Numbered from the stretch's first letter, positions 1 through 15,009 are shown. The stretch is 64,000 bases of DNA from Alphaproteobacteria bacterium (GCA_965221125.1 CBDCRW010000007.1:384001-448000), one strand, 5' to 3'. Notes: generated by a model not told the origin, from the sequence alone. Made by a program: numbers and translations.

Positions 1-16
1 CGGCACCGCCTGTTCT

Positions 17-60
17 CCTTCTCCGCCCCTGGGGGCGGAGAGGGTCGGGGTGAGGTGGGG
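17..60. repeat. REP-like palindromic element (CCTTCTCCGCCCC-TG-GGGGCGGAGAGGG..GGGGTGAGG)
   Basis: Perfect 9-bp stem 21-29/32-40, extendable to 17-44, followed by a GGGGTGAGG tail; resembles alphaproteobacterial intergenic palindromic repeats. Confidence 0.6.
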
Positions 61-112
61 GTGTTTTTCGTGGCGTCAACCTGCGCGCGTCACTGTTCAG
101 CCGCGGGCGGGA

Positions 113-185
113 CCCGGACGATGGTGCGGTGCACGGCGCACGCCGGGCGCGTCAGCATGGCGTCATGAGACGTTGCGCCATGAAC
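113..185 (+). promoter_or_regulatory. Conserved motif CCCGGACGATGGTGCGGTGCAC ... GCGCCATGAACG (copy A)
   Basis: 21/22 identical to 40437-40458 upstream of the phage-like module; the GCGCCATGAACG context is also shared; function inferred. Confidence 0.45.
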
Positions 186-354
186 GAACTGCACTCCTGC
201 CCGCCCGCCCCCGCACCGTGCTTCTGCGGGCACGAAAAAAATACAACTGTATCTGCGTGCGCGGCCCTGCGGGCGCTGGCGGCGTTCTCCGCGCCCGCAA
301 CCCATTGGGTGCAAACGACTTTCTCTGCGGACGCGGCCTGCCGCCCCGGTCGGT

Positions 355-470
355 CTTGTCTCGCTTTATCTCGCTTTGTCTCACTTTTATCTCGGTTTAT
401 CTCACTTTCATCTCGGCTTGTCTCACTTTCATCTCGGCTTGTCCCGCCTTGAAATCTCGCCTTGTCTCGC
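355..470. repeat. Degenerate tandem repeat, 10-11 bp units (TTRTCTCRST-like) with 21-bp higher-order period
   Basis: ttgtctcgct ttatctcgct ttgtctcact tttatctcggt ttatctcact ttcatctcggc ttgtctcact ttcatctcggc ... Confidence 0.85.
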
Positions 471-548
471 GAATTCCGACAAAAATGATGCGCGAAACGC
501 GGGCCGGTCAGCCGGAGATCGAAGCTCGCTCGACGCGCGGTGCGGGAC

Positions 549-4145
<3,597 letters not shown>

Positions 4146-4302
4146 GGGCGCCGTCCGTCGAACCGGCCCCATCGACCACAAAGGCGCGTCCATGTCCAAT
4201 CCGCAAGCCACGCCGTTCACTCCCGGATCACGTGGAAGTGGGATGCACGCGGTCCGGCCAATGCCTTAGGATGTGCGTGGCCCTGCGCCACGGAGGATTG
4301 CG

Positions 4303-5151
4303 ATGACCGCGCAGCTCGTCGATCGGATGGTGGGCATCGGAGACGGGATCGACCTGCACTACGTCGAGGCCGGCGAGGGCAGGCCGCTCATCATCATCCC
4401 CTCGTGGTCGCTCACCGGCGCGGCCTACCGGCACCAGCTTCAGGAGCTGTCGCGGACGCGGCGCGTGATGGCCTTCGACATGCGCGGCCACGGCGATTCG
4501 ACCACACCCGCCGGCGGCTACCGCGTGAGCCGGCTCGCGGCCGACCTGCGCGCCGTGATCGAGCGGCTGGAGCTCGACCGGGTCGATCTCATGGGCCACT
4601 CCATCGGCTCGTCGATCATCTGGAGCTACATCGACCTCTTCGGCGAGGACCGCCTCGGGCGCCTGGTGTTCGTGGACCAGGCGCCGTCGGTGACCGCGAA
4701 GGCCGACTGGTCGGCCGAAGAGCGCGTGACCTACGGCTGCCTGCTGCCGGACTTGGAAGCGCTCGCCGAGTTCTACCTCCAGGTGCTGGCGGCGGAGACG
4801 CCCGAGGCCACCGTGCCGGTGATCGCCCGCCTCTTCTCGCCGTCACTGTCGGCGGAAGAGCTGCTCTGGTTCGCCCGCGAGATCTGCAAGCTGCCGCGCC
4901 GGCACGCGGCCGACCTGCTCCACGATCACTGCGGGCTCGACTGGCGCGACGTGATCAGGCGGGTGCGGCGGCCGACCCTGGTGGTGGGCGCAGAGGCCAG
5001 CATCTTCTCGGCGGAGTCGCAGCACTGGATCGCGGCGCAGATCCCCGGCGCGGAGGTGGAGATCTTCAAGGCCGGCGAGGGCGGCTCGCACTTCATGTGC
5101 TACGAGAACCCGACCAAGTTCAACGCGCTGGTGGAGGCGTTCCTTGCCTGA
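4303..5151 (+). CDS. Alpha/beta fold hydrolase (non-heme haloperoxidase/esterase-like)
   Basis: DMRGHGDS and GHSIG nucleophile elbow, C-terminal His (SHFM); GGAGGA RBS. Confidence 0.85.
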   Translation: MTAQLVDRMVGIGDGIDLHYVEAGEGRPLIIIPSWSLTGAAYRHQLQELSRTRRVMAFDMRGHGDSTTPAGGYRVSRLAADLRAVIERLELDRVDLMGHSIGSSIIWSYIDLFGEDRLGRLVFVDQAPSVTAKADWSAEERVTYGCLLPDLEALAEFYLQVLAAETPEATVPVIARLFSPSLSAEELLWFAREICKLPRRHAADLLHDHCGLDWRDVIRRVRRPTLVVGAEASIFSAESQHWIAAQIPGAEVEIFKAGEGGSHFMCYENPTKFNALVEAFLA

Positions 5152-5352
5152 GCACGGGTTCGCGCTCTCGCCTCGCCGGCCCTTCCTGCCACTCCAGCGA
5201 GCCGGCCCTCGTGGCCCGCGAGGGCGGAGCCGTGACTTGCCGGGACGAACGGGGATATATCAGGGCACGCCGCCGCGCCTCACAGGTCGGCCGGCCGGCG
5301 ACGGCGTCTTGCGCTCCGGTCGGGGCGGACATCACGAGCAAGGGAGACTTTC

Positions 5353-6318
5353 ATGCAACTGAGCAGGGACGAGCTGCTGAAGGCGTATCGCACGATGGCG
5401 GCGGCGCGGCACTTCGAGGACAGCGTCTTCGAGGCGTTCTCGGACGGGAAGATTCCCGGATTCGTCCACCTTTCCGCCGGGCAGGAAGCGACGGCGGCCG
5501 GCGTCTACATGGCGCTGGACGAGCGGGACTGGATCGCCACCACCCACCGCGCCCACGGCCAATGCATCGCCCGCGGCCTGGACCTGCAGGAAACCATGGA
5601 CGAGATCTACGGCGCGACCACCGGCGTCTGCGGCGGCAAGGGCGGCTCGATGCACATCGCCGACCTCGACAAGGGGATGCTGGGCGCGAACGGGATCATC
5701 GGCGCGACCGGCCCGCTCGCGGTGGGCGCCGGCCTCTCCGCCAGAGCCAAGGGCGAGAACGGCGTGGCCGTGGCCTTCTACGGCGACGGCGGCTCCAACC
5801 AGGGCCTGATCTTCGAGGCCTACAACCTCGCGAATATCTGGAAGCTGCCCGTGATCTTCATCTGCGAAGACAACGGCTACGCCGAGGCGACGCCTTCGTC
5901 CTACTCGGTGGCGGGCTCGCAGGTGGCGCGCGCGAACGGGTTCGGCATGCCGGCGGTCGAGGTCGACGGGTTCGACTTCTTCGCCATCTACGACGCGACG
6001 CGGGAGGCGGTCGAGCGCGCCCGCAACGGCGAGGGCCCGAGCCTGATGCACATCAAGACCGCCCGCTTCTACGGCCACTTCGTCGGCGACGCGCAGACCT
6101 ACCGGGCCGATGGCGAGATCGACGATCTCCGCGCCGAGAAGGACTGCTTGCGGCTGTTCCGCGAGAAGGTGGTCGAGACCGGCCTGCTGACCGGCGAACA
6201 GCTCGACGAGATCTACGAAGAGGAGAAGAAGCGGATCCAGGATGCCGCCTCGGCCGCTCAGGCCGCGCCCCGTGCCACCGAAGCCGACCTCATGACCGAC
6301 GTCTACAGCTCTTACTGA
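5353..6318 (+). CDS. acoA: TPP-dependent dehydrogenase E1 alpha subunit (acetoin dehydrogenase-like)
   Basis: GFVHL, THRAHG, GKGGSMH, GDGG..N TPP motif, ENNGY-like EDNGY, RFYGH. Confidence 0.85.
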   Translation: MQLSRDELLKAYRTMAAARHFEDSVFEAFSDGKIPGFVHLSAGQEATAAGVYMALDERDWIATTHRAHGQCIARGLDLQETMDEIYGATTGVCGGKGGSMHIADLDKGMLGANGIIGATGPLAVGAGLSARAKGENGVAVAFYGDGGSNQGLIFEAYNLANIWKLPVIFICEDNGYAEATPSSYSVAGSQVARANGFGMPAVEVDGFDFFAIYDATREAVERARNGEGPSLMHIKTARFYGHFVGDAQTYRADGEIDDLRAEKDCLRLFREKVVETGLLTGEQLDEIYEEEKKRIQDAASAAQAAPRATEADLMTDVYSSY

Positions 6319-6333
6319 ACGGGAGTACCGATT

Positions 6334-7338
6334 GTGCCTAGAAAATCCTACAGGGCCGCCATCAACGAGGCGATGGCCGGCGAGATGCGCCGCGACCCCT
6401 CGGTCATCGTGATGGGCGAGGACGTGTCCGGCGGCACCGGCGCGCCCGGCGAGGACGATGCCTGGGGCGGCCCGCTGGGCGTCACCAAGGGGCTTCACAC
6501 CGAGTTCGGACCGATGCGGGTGCTGGATACGCCGATCGCGGAGGGCGGCTTCATCGGTGCGGCGGCCGGCGCTGCGGTGACCGGCATGCGCCCCATCGTC
6601 GATCTGATGTTCGTGGACTTCCTCGGGGTCTGCTTCGACGCGATCTACAACCAGGCAGGAAAATTCCGCTACATGTTCGGCGGCAAGGCGGAGACGCCGC
6701 TGGTGGTGCGGACGATGTACGGCGCGGGGCTCAGGGCCGCATCGCAGCACAGCCAGGTGCTCTATTCGCTCTTCGCCCATGTGCCGGGCGTGAAGGTGGT
6801 CGTCCCCTCCAACCCCTATGACGCCAAGGGGCTGATGATCCAGTCCATTCGCGACAACGACCCCGTCGTCTTCTTCGAGCACAAGGCGATGTACGACGAC
6901 GAGGCGGAGGTTCCCGACGAGGCCTACACGGTCCCCTTCGGCGAGGCCAACGTGGTGCGTGAGGGCGACGACGTCACCATCGTCGCGATCGGCAAGATGG
7001 TGCACCTGGCCGACCAGGCCGCCGACAACCTGGCGAACGACGGCATCTCGTGCACGGTGATCGACCCGCGCACGGTCTCGCCCCTGGACGAGGAAACCAT
7101 CCTGGAGGAGGTCGAGGCGACCGGCCGCCTGGTCGTGGTGGACGAGAGCCATCCGCGCTGCTCCATGGCGGCGGACATCTCGTCCATCGTGGCCCAGAAG
7201 GCGTTCTCGTCGCTGAAGGCCGCGATCGAGAAGGTGACGGCGCCGCACTGCCCGGTCCCGTTCGCGCCCGAGCTCGAGGACCTCTACATCCCCAAGGTCG
7301 AGGATGTCGAAGCTGCCGTTCGCCGGACCATGGCCTGA
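6334..7338 (+). CDS. acoB: TPP-dependent dehydrogenase E1 beta subunit (acetoin dehydrogenase-like)
   Basis: MGEDV, DAWGG, DTPIAE, QHSQ, DNDPVVFFEHK, IDPRTVSPLD. Confidence 0.85.
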   Translation: MPRKSYRAAINEAMAGEMRRDPSVIVMGEDVSGGTGAPGEDDAWGGPLGVTKGLHTEFGPMRVLDTPIAEGGFIGAAAGAAVTGMRPIVDLMFVDFLGVCFDAIYNQAGKFRYMFGGKAETPLVVRTMYGAGLRAASQHSQVLYSLFAHVPGVKVVVPSNPYDAKGLMIQSIRDNDPVVFFEHKAMYDDEAEVPDEAYTVPFGEANVVREGDDVTIVAIGKMVHLADQAADNLANDGISCTVIDPRTVSPLDEETILEEVEATGRLVVVDESHPRCSMAADISSIVAQKAFSSLKAAIEKVTAPHCPVPFAPELEDLYIPKVEDVEAAVRRTMA

Positions 7339-7439
7339 GTGCGGTCGGCCCCGGCCGGGCGGTGCGCGCGGTTTGACAGGTTTCGGCCTTTTTCCTAGCG
7401 TCGCGCCCGCCGGTGCGGGGCTCGTCGGCGGCGGGGGAG

Positions 7440-7475
7440 GGCCCAGCGGATGGCCCAGGGGATAGCCCAAGGAAT
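7440..7475 (+). repeat. Three imperfect 12-bp direct repeats upstream of cofC
   Basis: GGCCCAGCGGAT / GGCCCAGGGGAT / AGCCCAAGGAAT. Confidence 0.55.
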
Positions 7476-7481
7476 TGCAAT

Positions 7482-8162
7482 GTGACGATCGGCGCGGTCC
7501 TTCCGATCAAGGACTTCGGCCACGCCAAGCAGCGGCTGGCGGGCTTTCTCGGCGCGGCCGAGCGCCGGCTGCTGTGCGCGGCGATGGCCGAGGACGTGCT
7601 GGCGACTCTCTCTCAGGCGCCGGCCCTGTCCGACATCGTCGTGGTGACGCGGGACGCGCGGGCGGAAGCGCTCGCCGCCCGCCACGGCGCACGCGTGCTC
7701 AGAGAACCCTCCAACGATGGCCAGAGCGCAGCCGTGGAAAGGGCCGCCCAAGCATTGAGCCATGCCGGGGCGGAAAGCCTGCTCCAGTTGCCGGGCGACG
7801 TGCCCGGTGCGAGCCCGGACGAGATTGACGCGGTGCTCGCGGCACACGCGGGCGGGGACGACGGCGGATCGGCGGTGACGCTGGTGCCGTCGCACGACCG
7901 GCGCGGCACCAACTGCGTGGCGTGCTCGCCGCCGGGGGCGCTGCCCTTCGCCTTCGGCCACGACAGTTTCGGGCCGCACCGCGAGGCGGCGTGGGCGCAG
8001 GGCATCGCGCCGACGATTCTCGCGCTGCCGGGCCTCGGCCTCGATATCGACACGCCCGACGATCTGCGCGCTTTCATGGCGCGGCCGGCCGCTGGCTGCA
8101 CTCTCGACTACCTCCGCGAGAGCGGTATCGCCGCGCGGCTCCTGGTTACCGACGCGGCCTGA
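7482..8162 (+). CDS. cofC: 2-phospho-L-lactate/PEP guanylyltransferase (F420 biosynthesis)
   Basis: PIKDFGHAKQRL, AMAEDVL, GDVP, GTNC, FGHDSF..H, LDIDTPDDL; GTG start after AAGGA. Confidence 0.9.
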   Translation: MTIGAVLPIKDFGHAKQRLAGFLGAAERRLLCAAMAEDVLATLSQAPALSDIVVVTRDARAEALAARHGARVLREPSNDGQSAAVERAAQALSHAGAESLLQLPGDVPGASPDEIDAVLAAHAGGDDGGSAVTLVPSHDRRGTNCVACSPPGALPFAFGHDSFGPHREAAWAQGIAPTILALPGLGLDIDTPDDLRAFMARPAAGCTLDYLRESGIAARLLVTDAA

Positions 8163-8167
8163 GGCGG

Positions 8168-10636
8168 ATGCACGACGCCACCCGCGATTTGCTCGAGGCT
8201 GTGCTGGACGGCCGCCGCCCGGATGCGGCGGAGGCTCTCGCGCTCGCCGCCGAGGACGACCTGGCGCCGCTGCTCGACTGCGCGGCAACGCTGCGCGACC
8301 GGGCGCACCCCGACATCGTGACGTACTCGCGCAAGGTCTTCATCCCGCTCACCCATCTCTGTCGCGACGTCTGCCACTACTGCACCTTCGCCCGCCCGCC
8401 GCGCCGGGGCGAGACGGCGTTCATGACGCCGGAAGAGGTGCTGCAGGTGGCGCAGGCCGGCGCCGAAGCCGGCTGCAAGGAGGCGCTGTTCACCCTCGGC
8501 GACAAGCCCGAATTACGATATCGCGCGGCGCGCGAAGGGCTTGCGGCTCTGGGTTACGAGAGCACGCTCGCCTACCTCGCCGACATGGCGAAGCTGGTGC
8601 TGGAGAAGACGCCGCTGCTGCCGCACCTCAATCCCGGCGTGCTGGGCCGCGAAGACCTGCAGGCGTTGCGCATGGTCTCGGCCTCGCAGGGCATGATGCT
8701 GGAGAGTGCGTCCGAGCGGCTGTCCGCCAAGGGCGGGCCTCACTACGGCTCGCCGGACAAGCGGCCTGCGGCGCGGCTCGAGACGCTGCGCCTGGCGGGC
8801 GAGGAGGCGGTGCCGTTTACCTCCGGCATCCTCATCGGCATCGGCGAGACGCGGGAGGAGCGGATCGAGGCGCTGCTTGCGCTGCGCGATGCCCACGACG
8901 CGCACGGGCACATCCAGGAGATCATCGTCCAGAATTTTCGGGCCAAGCCGGGGACGCGGATGGCCGATGCGCCCGAGCCGAGTCTGGACGAGCTGCTCTG
9001 GACCATCGCGGCGGCGCGCATCCTCTTCGGGCCGGAGGCGAGCATCCAGGCGCCGCCCAATCTGAGCCCCGGCGCGCTGCCGCAGCTGGTGGCGGCGGGA
9101 ATCAACGACTGGGGCGGCGTCTCGCCGGTGACGCAGGACTACGTCAATCCCGAGGCGCCGTGGCCGCACCTCGACGCGCTCGCCCGCGAGACAGCTTCCG
9201 CCGGCAAGACGCTGGCCGAGCGGCTCACGATCTATCCGTCCTACGTGCGTTCCGGCGAGCGCTGGCTCGATCCGGCGTTGCGCGAGCGGGTGCTGAAGAT
9301 GGTCGACTCTTCCGGCTATCCCCGCACCGATCCCTGGGTGACGGGCGCGGGCGAGGCGCCGGCGAAGGATACCGCGCCGGCACCGGCCATCGTGGCGCCC
9401 GATATCGAGCGCTTGCTGGCGCGCGCCGATGCGGGCCAGGGGCTCGGCGAGGACGAGCTGGTGCGGCTCTTCGAGGCGCGTGGCGGGGCCTTCGATGCGG
9501 TGTGCGCCGCCGCCGACGAGGTGCGCGCCAGGGTCAGCGGGCCACAGGTCAGCTACGTGGTGAACCGCAACATCAACTACACCAACGTCTGCTATTTCCG
9601 CTGCCAGTTCTGCGCCTTCTCCAAGGGCAAGCTGAGCGAGAACCTGCGCGGCCGCCCGTACGACCTGCCGCTGGACGAGATCGTGCGGCGAGTGCGCGAG
9701 GCCTGGGATCGCGGTGCGACCGAGGTCTGCCTCCAGGGCGGCATCCATCCCGACTACACCGGCGAGACCTATCTCGCGATCTGCCGTGCCATCAAGCAGG
9801 CGGAACCCGCGATCCACGTCCACGCCTTCTCGCCGCTGGAGATCTGGCAGGGGGCGGCGACGCTAGGCCGCACGGTTCCGGACTTCCTCGCGGAGCTGCA
9901 GGAGGCCGGGCTGGGTTCGCTGCCCGGCACCGCCGCCGAAATCCTCGACGACGAGGTGCGCGCCGTCATCTGCCCCGACAAGATCGTCACCGACCAGTGG
10001 CTCTCGGTGATGGAGGCGGCGCATGGGCTGGGGCTCCGCAGCACCGCCACGATCATGTTCGGCCACGTCGACGCGCCGCGGCACTGGGCGCGGCACTTGG
10101 CTCGGGTCCGTGCCTTGCAGGAGCGCACCGGCGGCTTCACCGAGTTCGTGCCGCTCCCCTTCGTCGCGATGGAGGCGCCGCTCTACCTCAAGGGACGCGC
10201 CCGGCGCGGGCCGACCTGGCGCGAAGCCGTGCTCATGCACGCGGTGGCGCGGCTTGCCTTGCATCCCGTCATCGACAACATCCAGACCTCGTGGGTGAAG
10301 ATGGGGCGGGAGGGTGCCGCCGCCTGCCTCACGGCCGGCGCCAACGACATCGGCGGCACGCTGATGAACGAATCGATCACCCGCGCCGCAGGCGCCAGCC
10401 ACGGGCAGGAGTTTCCCCCGGCGGAGATCGAGGCCCTGGTCGAAGGACTGGGGCGCACGCCGGTGCAGCGCACGACGCTCTACGAACCGGCACCGGCCGC
10501 GCGCCGAGCCGCCGCACGCGCCGCAGCGCCGCTCGCCCCGGTCGTGAACGCGCCCGCCCGCCGCTACGAGCGGCGGGCCGCGCCGGGCGATCTGGTGCGT
10601 CCCGGCTTCGAAGCCACCGCACCGGCGGGGGAGTGA
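8168..10636 (+). CDS. fbiC: FO synthase, fused CofG-CofH radical SAM protein
   Basis: Two CX3CX2C motifs (CRDVCHYC, CYFRCQFC), TYSRKVFIPLT, NRNINYTN, GGTLMNESI. Confidence 0.95.
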   Translation: MHDATRDLLEAVLDGRRPDAAEALALAAEDDLAPLLDCAATLRDRAHPDIVTYSRKVFIPLTHLCRDVCHYCTFARPPRRGETAFMTPEEVLQVAQAGAEAGCKEALFTLGDKPELRYRAAREGLAALGYESTLAYLADMAKLVLEKTPLLPHLNPGVLGREDLQALRMVSASQGMMLESASERLSAKGGPHYGSPDKRPAARLETLRLAGEEAVPFTSGILIGIGETREERIEALLALRDAHDAHGHIQEIIVQNFRAKPGTRMADAPEPSLDELLWTIAAARILFGPEASIQAPPNLSPGALPQLVAAGINDWGGVSPVTQDYVNPEAPWPHLDALARETASAGKTLAERLTIYPSYVRSGERWLDPALRERVLKMVDSSGYPRTDPWVTGAGEAPAKDTAPAPAIVAPDIERLLARADAGQGLGEDELVRLFEARGGAFDAVCAAADEVRARVSGPQVSYVVNRNINYTNVCYFRCQFCAFSKGKLSENLRGRPYDLPLDEIVRRVREAWDRGATEVCLQGGIHPDYTGETYLAICRAIKQAEPAIHVHAFSPLEIWQGAATLGRTVPDFLAELQEAGLGSLPGTAAEILDDEVRAVICPDKIVTDQWLSVMEAAHGLGLRSTATIMFGHVDAPRHWARHLARVRALQERTGGFTEFVPLPFVAMEAPLYLKGRARRGPTWREAVLMHAVARLALHPVIDNIQTSWVKMGREGAAACLTAGANDIGGTLMNESITRAAGASHGQEFPPAEIEALVEGLGRTPVQRTTLYEPAPAARRAAARAAAPLAPVVNAPARRYERRAAPGDLVRPGFEATAPAGE

Positions 10637-10681
10637 GGGACGGCGCTCGTCGTCAGCTTTTTCATCCTTGTTGTGCACGAG

Positions 10682-11038
10682 TCATGGTTCTTGGTCTCCG
10701 AGCAGCCGGACCAGCATGTGACGAACGTGATCCTGCCCACCGAAGAACACCGCCAGCACTCGGACCATTTCATGCCCCTCGTCAACATCGAACCGGTAGA
10801 TCGCCCGATCGATAGCGAGATGCCGCAAGCCGGGCAGGATGTCGTCGTGGCTCTCGCCCCGGTGCGGGGCGGGTAAGATACGTTCTGCTGAAGCACGGAT
10901 TTCCAGAACCCGTGCCTCCGCACGATCCAGCGCGCTCTCCGGGCTCTCGCCGAAATCCAGGTAACTTTGAAAGAGATGGTCGAAGATCAGTTCGAAGTCG
11001 CGTTCGGCCTCGGCCGAGAACTCAAGACGATATGCCAT
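10682..11038 (-). CDS. Type II toxin, RelE/ParE family
   Basis: YRLEFSAEAERDF..I, PHRG, LPGLRH, VRVLAVFFGGQD; overlaps the antitoxin gene. Confidence 0.85.
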   Translation of the reverse strand: MAYRLEFSAEAERDFELIFDHLFQSYLDFGESPESALDRAEARVLEIRASAERILPAPHRGESHDDILPGLRHLAIDRAIYRFDVDEGHEMVRVLAVFFGGQDHVRHMLVRLLGDQEP

Positions 11039-11297
11039 GCGCGCGGCGTTTTTCGGCAATCAGCTCGGCGAGCCGCGCGTCCATTTGTTTCCCGCTCACG
11101 AACTCTCCCTCGCGGCGATGCGTCAGGAGCGCGCGTAGCGCCGCGGTTTCCACGTCCTGGGCGTCCGTCCGCTGGCGCAGCAATTCGACGCCTTGCTGCA
11201 GGACCGCGCTGAGACTGGCGTAGCGCCCTGCCTCGACCAGCGCCTTGGCAAAGGCATGCTGCTCGTCGGTGAGGGAAATCGAGGACTTGACCGTCAC
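11022..11297 (-). CDS. Type II antitoxin, ParD-like ribbon-helix-helix
   Basis: SSISLTDEQHAFAKALVEAGRYASLSAVLQQGVELL; GTG start with GGGAGG RBS. Confidence 0.85.
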   Translation of the reverse strand: MTVKSSISLTDEQHAFAKALVEAGRYASLSAVLQQGVELLRQRTDAQDVETAALRALLTHRREGEFVSGKQMDARLAELIAEKRRAHGISS

Positions 11298-11444
11298 GGG
11301 AGCCTCCCTGGGACAAAGGTAATACTCAGTAGCACCGAGGTCAACGGACACGCAGCACCCAACGCTTCCCGTCGGGAGTGAGGCCCAACCGTGTGATAGG
11401 CTCGGCCCGCGCGCAGCGGCGGCCACGAGGGAGGGATAGCGACC

Positions 11445-11900
11445 ATGGCGGGCTTCACGATTACCTCGACCAACCACACGAGCTTCACGGTTTCCAGCCT
11501 CGACCGGGCGATCGGCCTGTTTCGCGACGCCCTGGGCTTCACGCTGCTGAACCGCTCGCCGCGCGATCCCAAGTTCATCGAGCAGGTGGTGGGCGTCGAG
11601 GGCGCTGACATCGAGGTCGCCTACCTGCAGGCGCCGGGTCACCGGCTCGAGCTGATCGAGTACCTGGGCCCGGCCGACCGCGGCCGGGTCGACTCGCGGC
11701 CCTGCGACGCGGGCTTCGCCCACATCGCCTTCGACGTCGACGATATTCACGAGGCCATTGCGGCCGTCCGCGCCGCCGGCTCCGAGCCCATGGGCGCGCC
11801 GATCACCGTCAATGCGGGGCCCAACAAGGGCGGCCTCGTCGTCTACACGCGCGATCCCGACGGCATCACGGTCGAGTTCATCCAGAGGCCGAAGCAGTAG
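11445..11900 (+). CDS. VOC (glyoxalase) family protein
   Basis: NHTSFTV, LELIEY, HIAFDVDD, RDPDGITVEF. Confidence 0.85.
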   Translation: MAGFTITSTNHTSFTVSSLDRAIGLFRDALGFTLLNRSPRDPKFIEQVVGVEGADIEVAYLQAPGHRLELIEYLGPADRGRVDSRPCDAGFAHIAFDVDDIHEAIAAVRAAGSEPMGAPITVNAGPNKGGLVVYTRDPDGITVEFIQRPKQ

Positions 11901-12517
11901 TGTTCTACGAGACCGCGCGCAACGATCACGGCCTGTCGCACGACCCCTTCAAGTCCTGCGTGGTGCCGCGCCCGATCGGCTGGATTGCCACGGTCGATAC
12001 CGCCGGCGTTCTCAACCTCGCGCCCTTCAGCTACTTCAACGCCTGCGGCGATCACCCGCCGCAGGTGATGTACGCGCCGAGCGGATCGCACGTCGAGGGC
12101 GGCGCCAAGGACAGCCTGCAGAACGTGCAGGAGACCGGCGAGTTCGTCGCCAGCCTCGCGACCTGGGAGCAGCGCGAGGCGATGCGCCTCTCGTCCAGCC
12201 ACGTGCGGCGCAGCGTCGACGAGTTCGCGCTGGCCGGGCTCGAGACCGAGCCGGCCCGCCTCGTGCGCCCGCCGCGCGTCAAGGGCGCGCCCATCCACCT
12301 CGAATGCCGGCTCCACAAGGTGATCGAGCTGCTGGCCGACGATCCCGCGCGGTTCCGCAACTGGATCGTGGTGGGCCAGGTCGCGGGCATTCATATCGAC
12401 GATTCCGTCATCACTGCGGGACGGGTGGACCAGTCGAAGTTCCGCCCCATCGCGCGGCTCGGCTACGCCGACTACACCACAGTGGACAGCCGTTTCGAGA
12501 TGCCGTTCCCGGACTGA
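11900..12517 (+). CDS. Flavin reductase family protein (FMN-binding split barrel)
   Basis: VVPRPIGWI, NLAPFSYFN, KDSLQNV.ETGEFV, IARLG...Y. Confidence 0.85.
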   Translation: MFYETARNDHGLSHDPFKSCVVPRPIGWIATVDTAGVLNLAPFSYFNACGDHPPQVMYAPSGSHVEGGAKDSLQNVQETGEFVASLATWEQREAMRLSSSHVRRSVDEFALAGLETEPARLVRPPRVKGAPIHLECRLHKVIELLADDPARFRNWIVVGQVAGIHIDDSVITAGRVDQSKFRPIARLGYADYTTVDSRFEMPFPD

Positions 12518-12553
12518 AGCGTTTCCGTCTGAGACGGAAACGCTTCAGTTTTT
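12513..12553 (+). terminator. Intrinsic terminator
   Basis: Perfect 17-bp inverted repeat ACTGAAGCGTTTCCGTC / GACGGAAACGCTTCAGT followed by a T run. Confidence 0.8.
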
Positions 12554-12727
12554 CTTGTCGCTCACGGTAGCCGGCCTACAGCCGGCGCCTGCGCGGGCGC
12601 GCCGCATTTGCGGCGGGCCGCTATCGCGGCCTGTCGCGCGTCAAAGAAAGATGGACGCGCTCCAAGATTACGCGTCCGGGACACAAGACCTTGCATATCG
12701 GCGCGGCTGCGCCTACAACGTGTAGCG

Positions 12728-13690
12728 ATGCAGCCTGCACTTCTGCCCTCGATCTTCGGTGACCGGCATTTGCTGGGGATCGAGGGGCTTTCCGCCGGCG
12801 CCATCACCCACCTCCTCGATCTCTCCGAAGGCTACGTCGCGCTCAACCGCGAGGTGCAGAAGCGCAAGAGCCTGCTCGGCGGGCGCACCGTGGTGCTGCT
12901 CTTCTTCGAGACCTCGACCCGCACCCGCACCTCGTTCGAGCTTGCGGGCAAGCGGCTCGGCGCCGACGTCATCAACATCGCGGTGGCAAGCTCGGCGATC
13001 AAGAAGGGCGAGACGCTCATCGACACGGCGATGACGCTGAACGCCATGCATCCCGACATGCTGATCGTCCGCCACCCCGATGCCGGCGCCGCCCGGCTGC
13101 TCGCCGATCACGTCGAGTGCAGCGTCATCAACGCGGGCGACGGCAGCCACGAGCATCCCACGCAGGCGCTGCTTGATGCGCTCACCATCCGCCATCGCTT
13201 CGGCCGGATCGAGGGACTGCGGGTCGCCATCTGCGGCGACGTGCTGCACAGCCGGGTCGCGCGCTCCAACATTCTGCTGCTCAACACGATGGGCGCCGGC
13301 GTGCGGATCATCGCGCCGCCGACCCTGGTGCCGGCGGCGATCGAGCGCATGGGCGTGGAGGTCTTCCACGACATGCGCGCAGGCCTCGCGGGCTGCGACG
13401 TCATCATGATGCTGCGCCTGCAGCAGGAGCGCATGCAGGGCACCTTCGTGCCGTCGACCCGCGAGTATTTCCGCTTCTTCGGCCTCGACCGGGCCAAGCT
13501 GGCCGAGGCCCAGGAGAACGCGCTGATCCTCCATCCGGGTCCCATGAACCGGGGCGTGGAGATCGACAGCGAAGTCGCGGACGACATCACGCGGAGCGCC
13601 ATCCTCGACCAGGTCGAGCTTGGCGTCGCCGTGCGCCAGGGGTGCCTCGACGCGCTGAGCCGCAACCTCGGCCCGGCGCCGGTGTTCTGA
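12728..13690 (+). CDS. pyrB: Aspartate carbamoyltransferase catalytic subunit
   Basis: [47 protein letters not shown]. Confidence 0.95.
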   Translation: MQPALLPSIFGDRHLLGIEGLSAGAITHLLDLSEGYVALNREVQKRKSLLGGRTVVLLFFETSTRTRTSFELAGKRLGADVINIAVASSAIKKGETLIDTAMTLNAMHPDMLIVRHPDAGAARLLADHVECSVINAGDGSHEHPTQALLDALTIRHRFGRIEGLRVAICGDVLHSRVARSNILLLNTMGAGVRIIAPPTLVPAAIERMGVEVFHDMRAGLAGCDVIMMLRLQQERMQGTFVPSTREYFRFFGLDRAKLAEAQENALILHPGPMNRGVEIDSEVADDITRSAILDQVELGVAVRQGCLDALSRNLGPAPVF

Positions 13691-13705
13691 GGAGGAGGGA
13701 GAGGC

Positions 13706-15009
<1,304 letters not shown>

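Noticed and set aside
355-470. CRISPR array interpretation of the tandem repeat
   Set aside because: Units are 10-11 bp and contiguous with no unique spacers; there are no cas genes in the window
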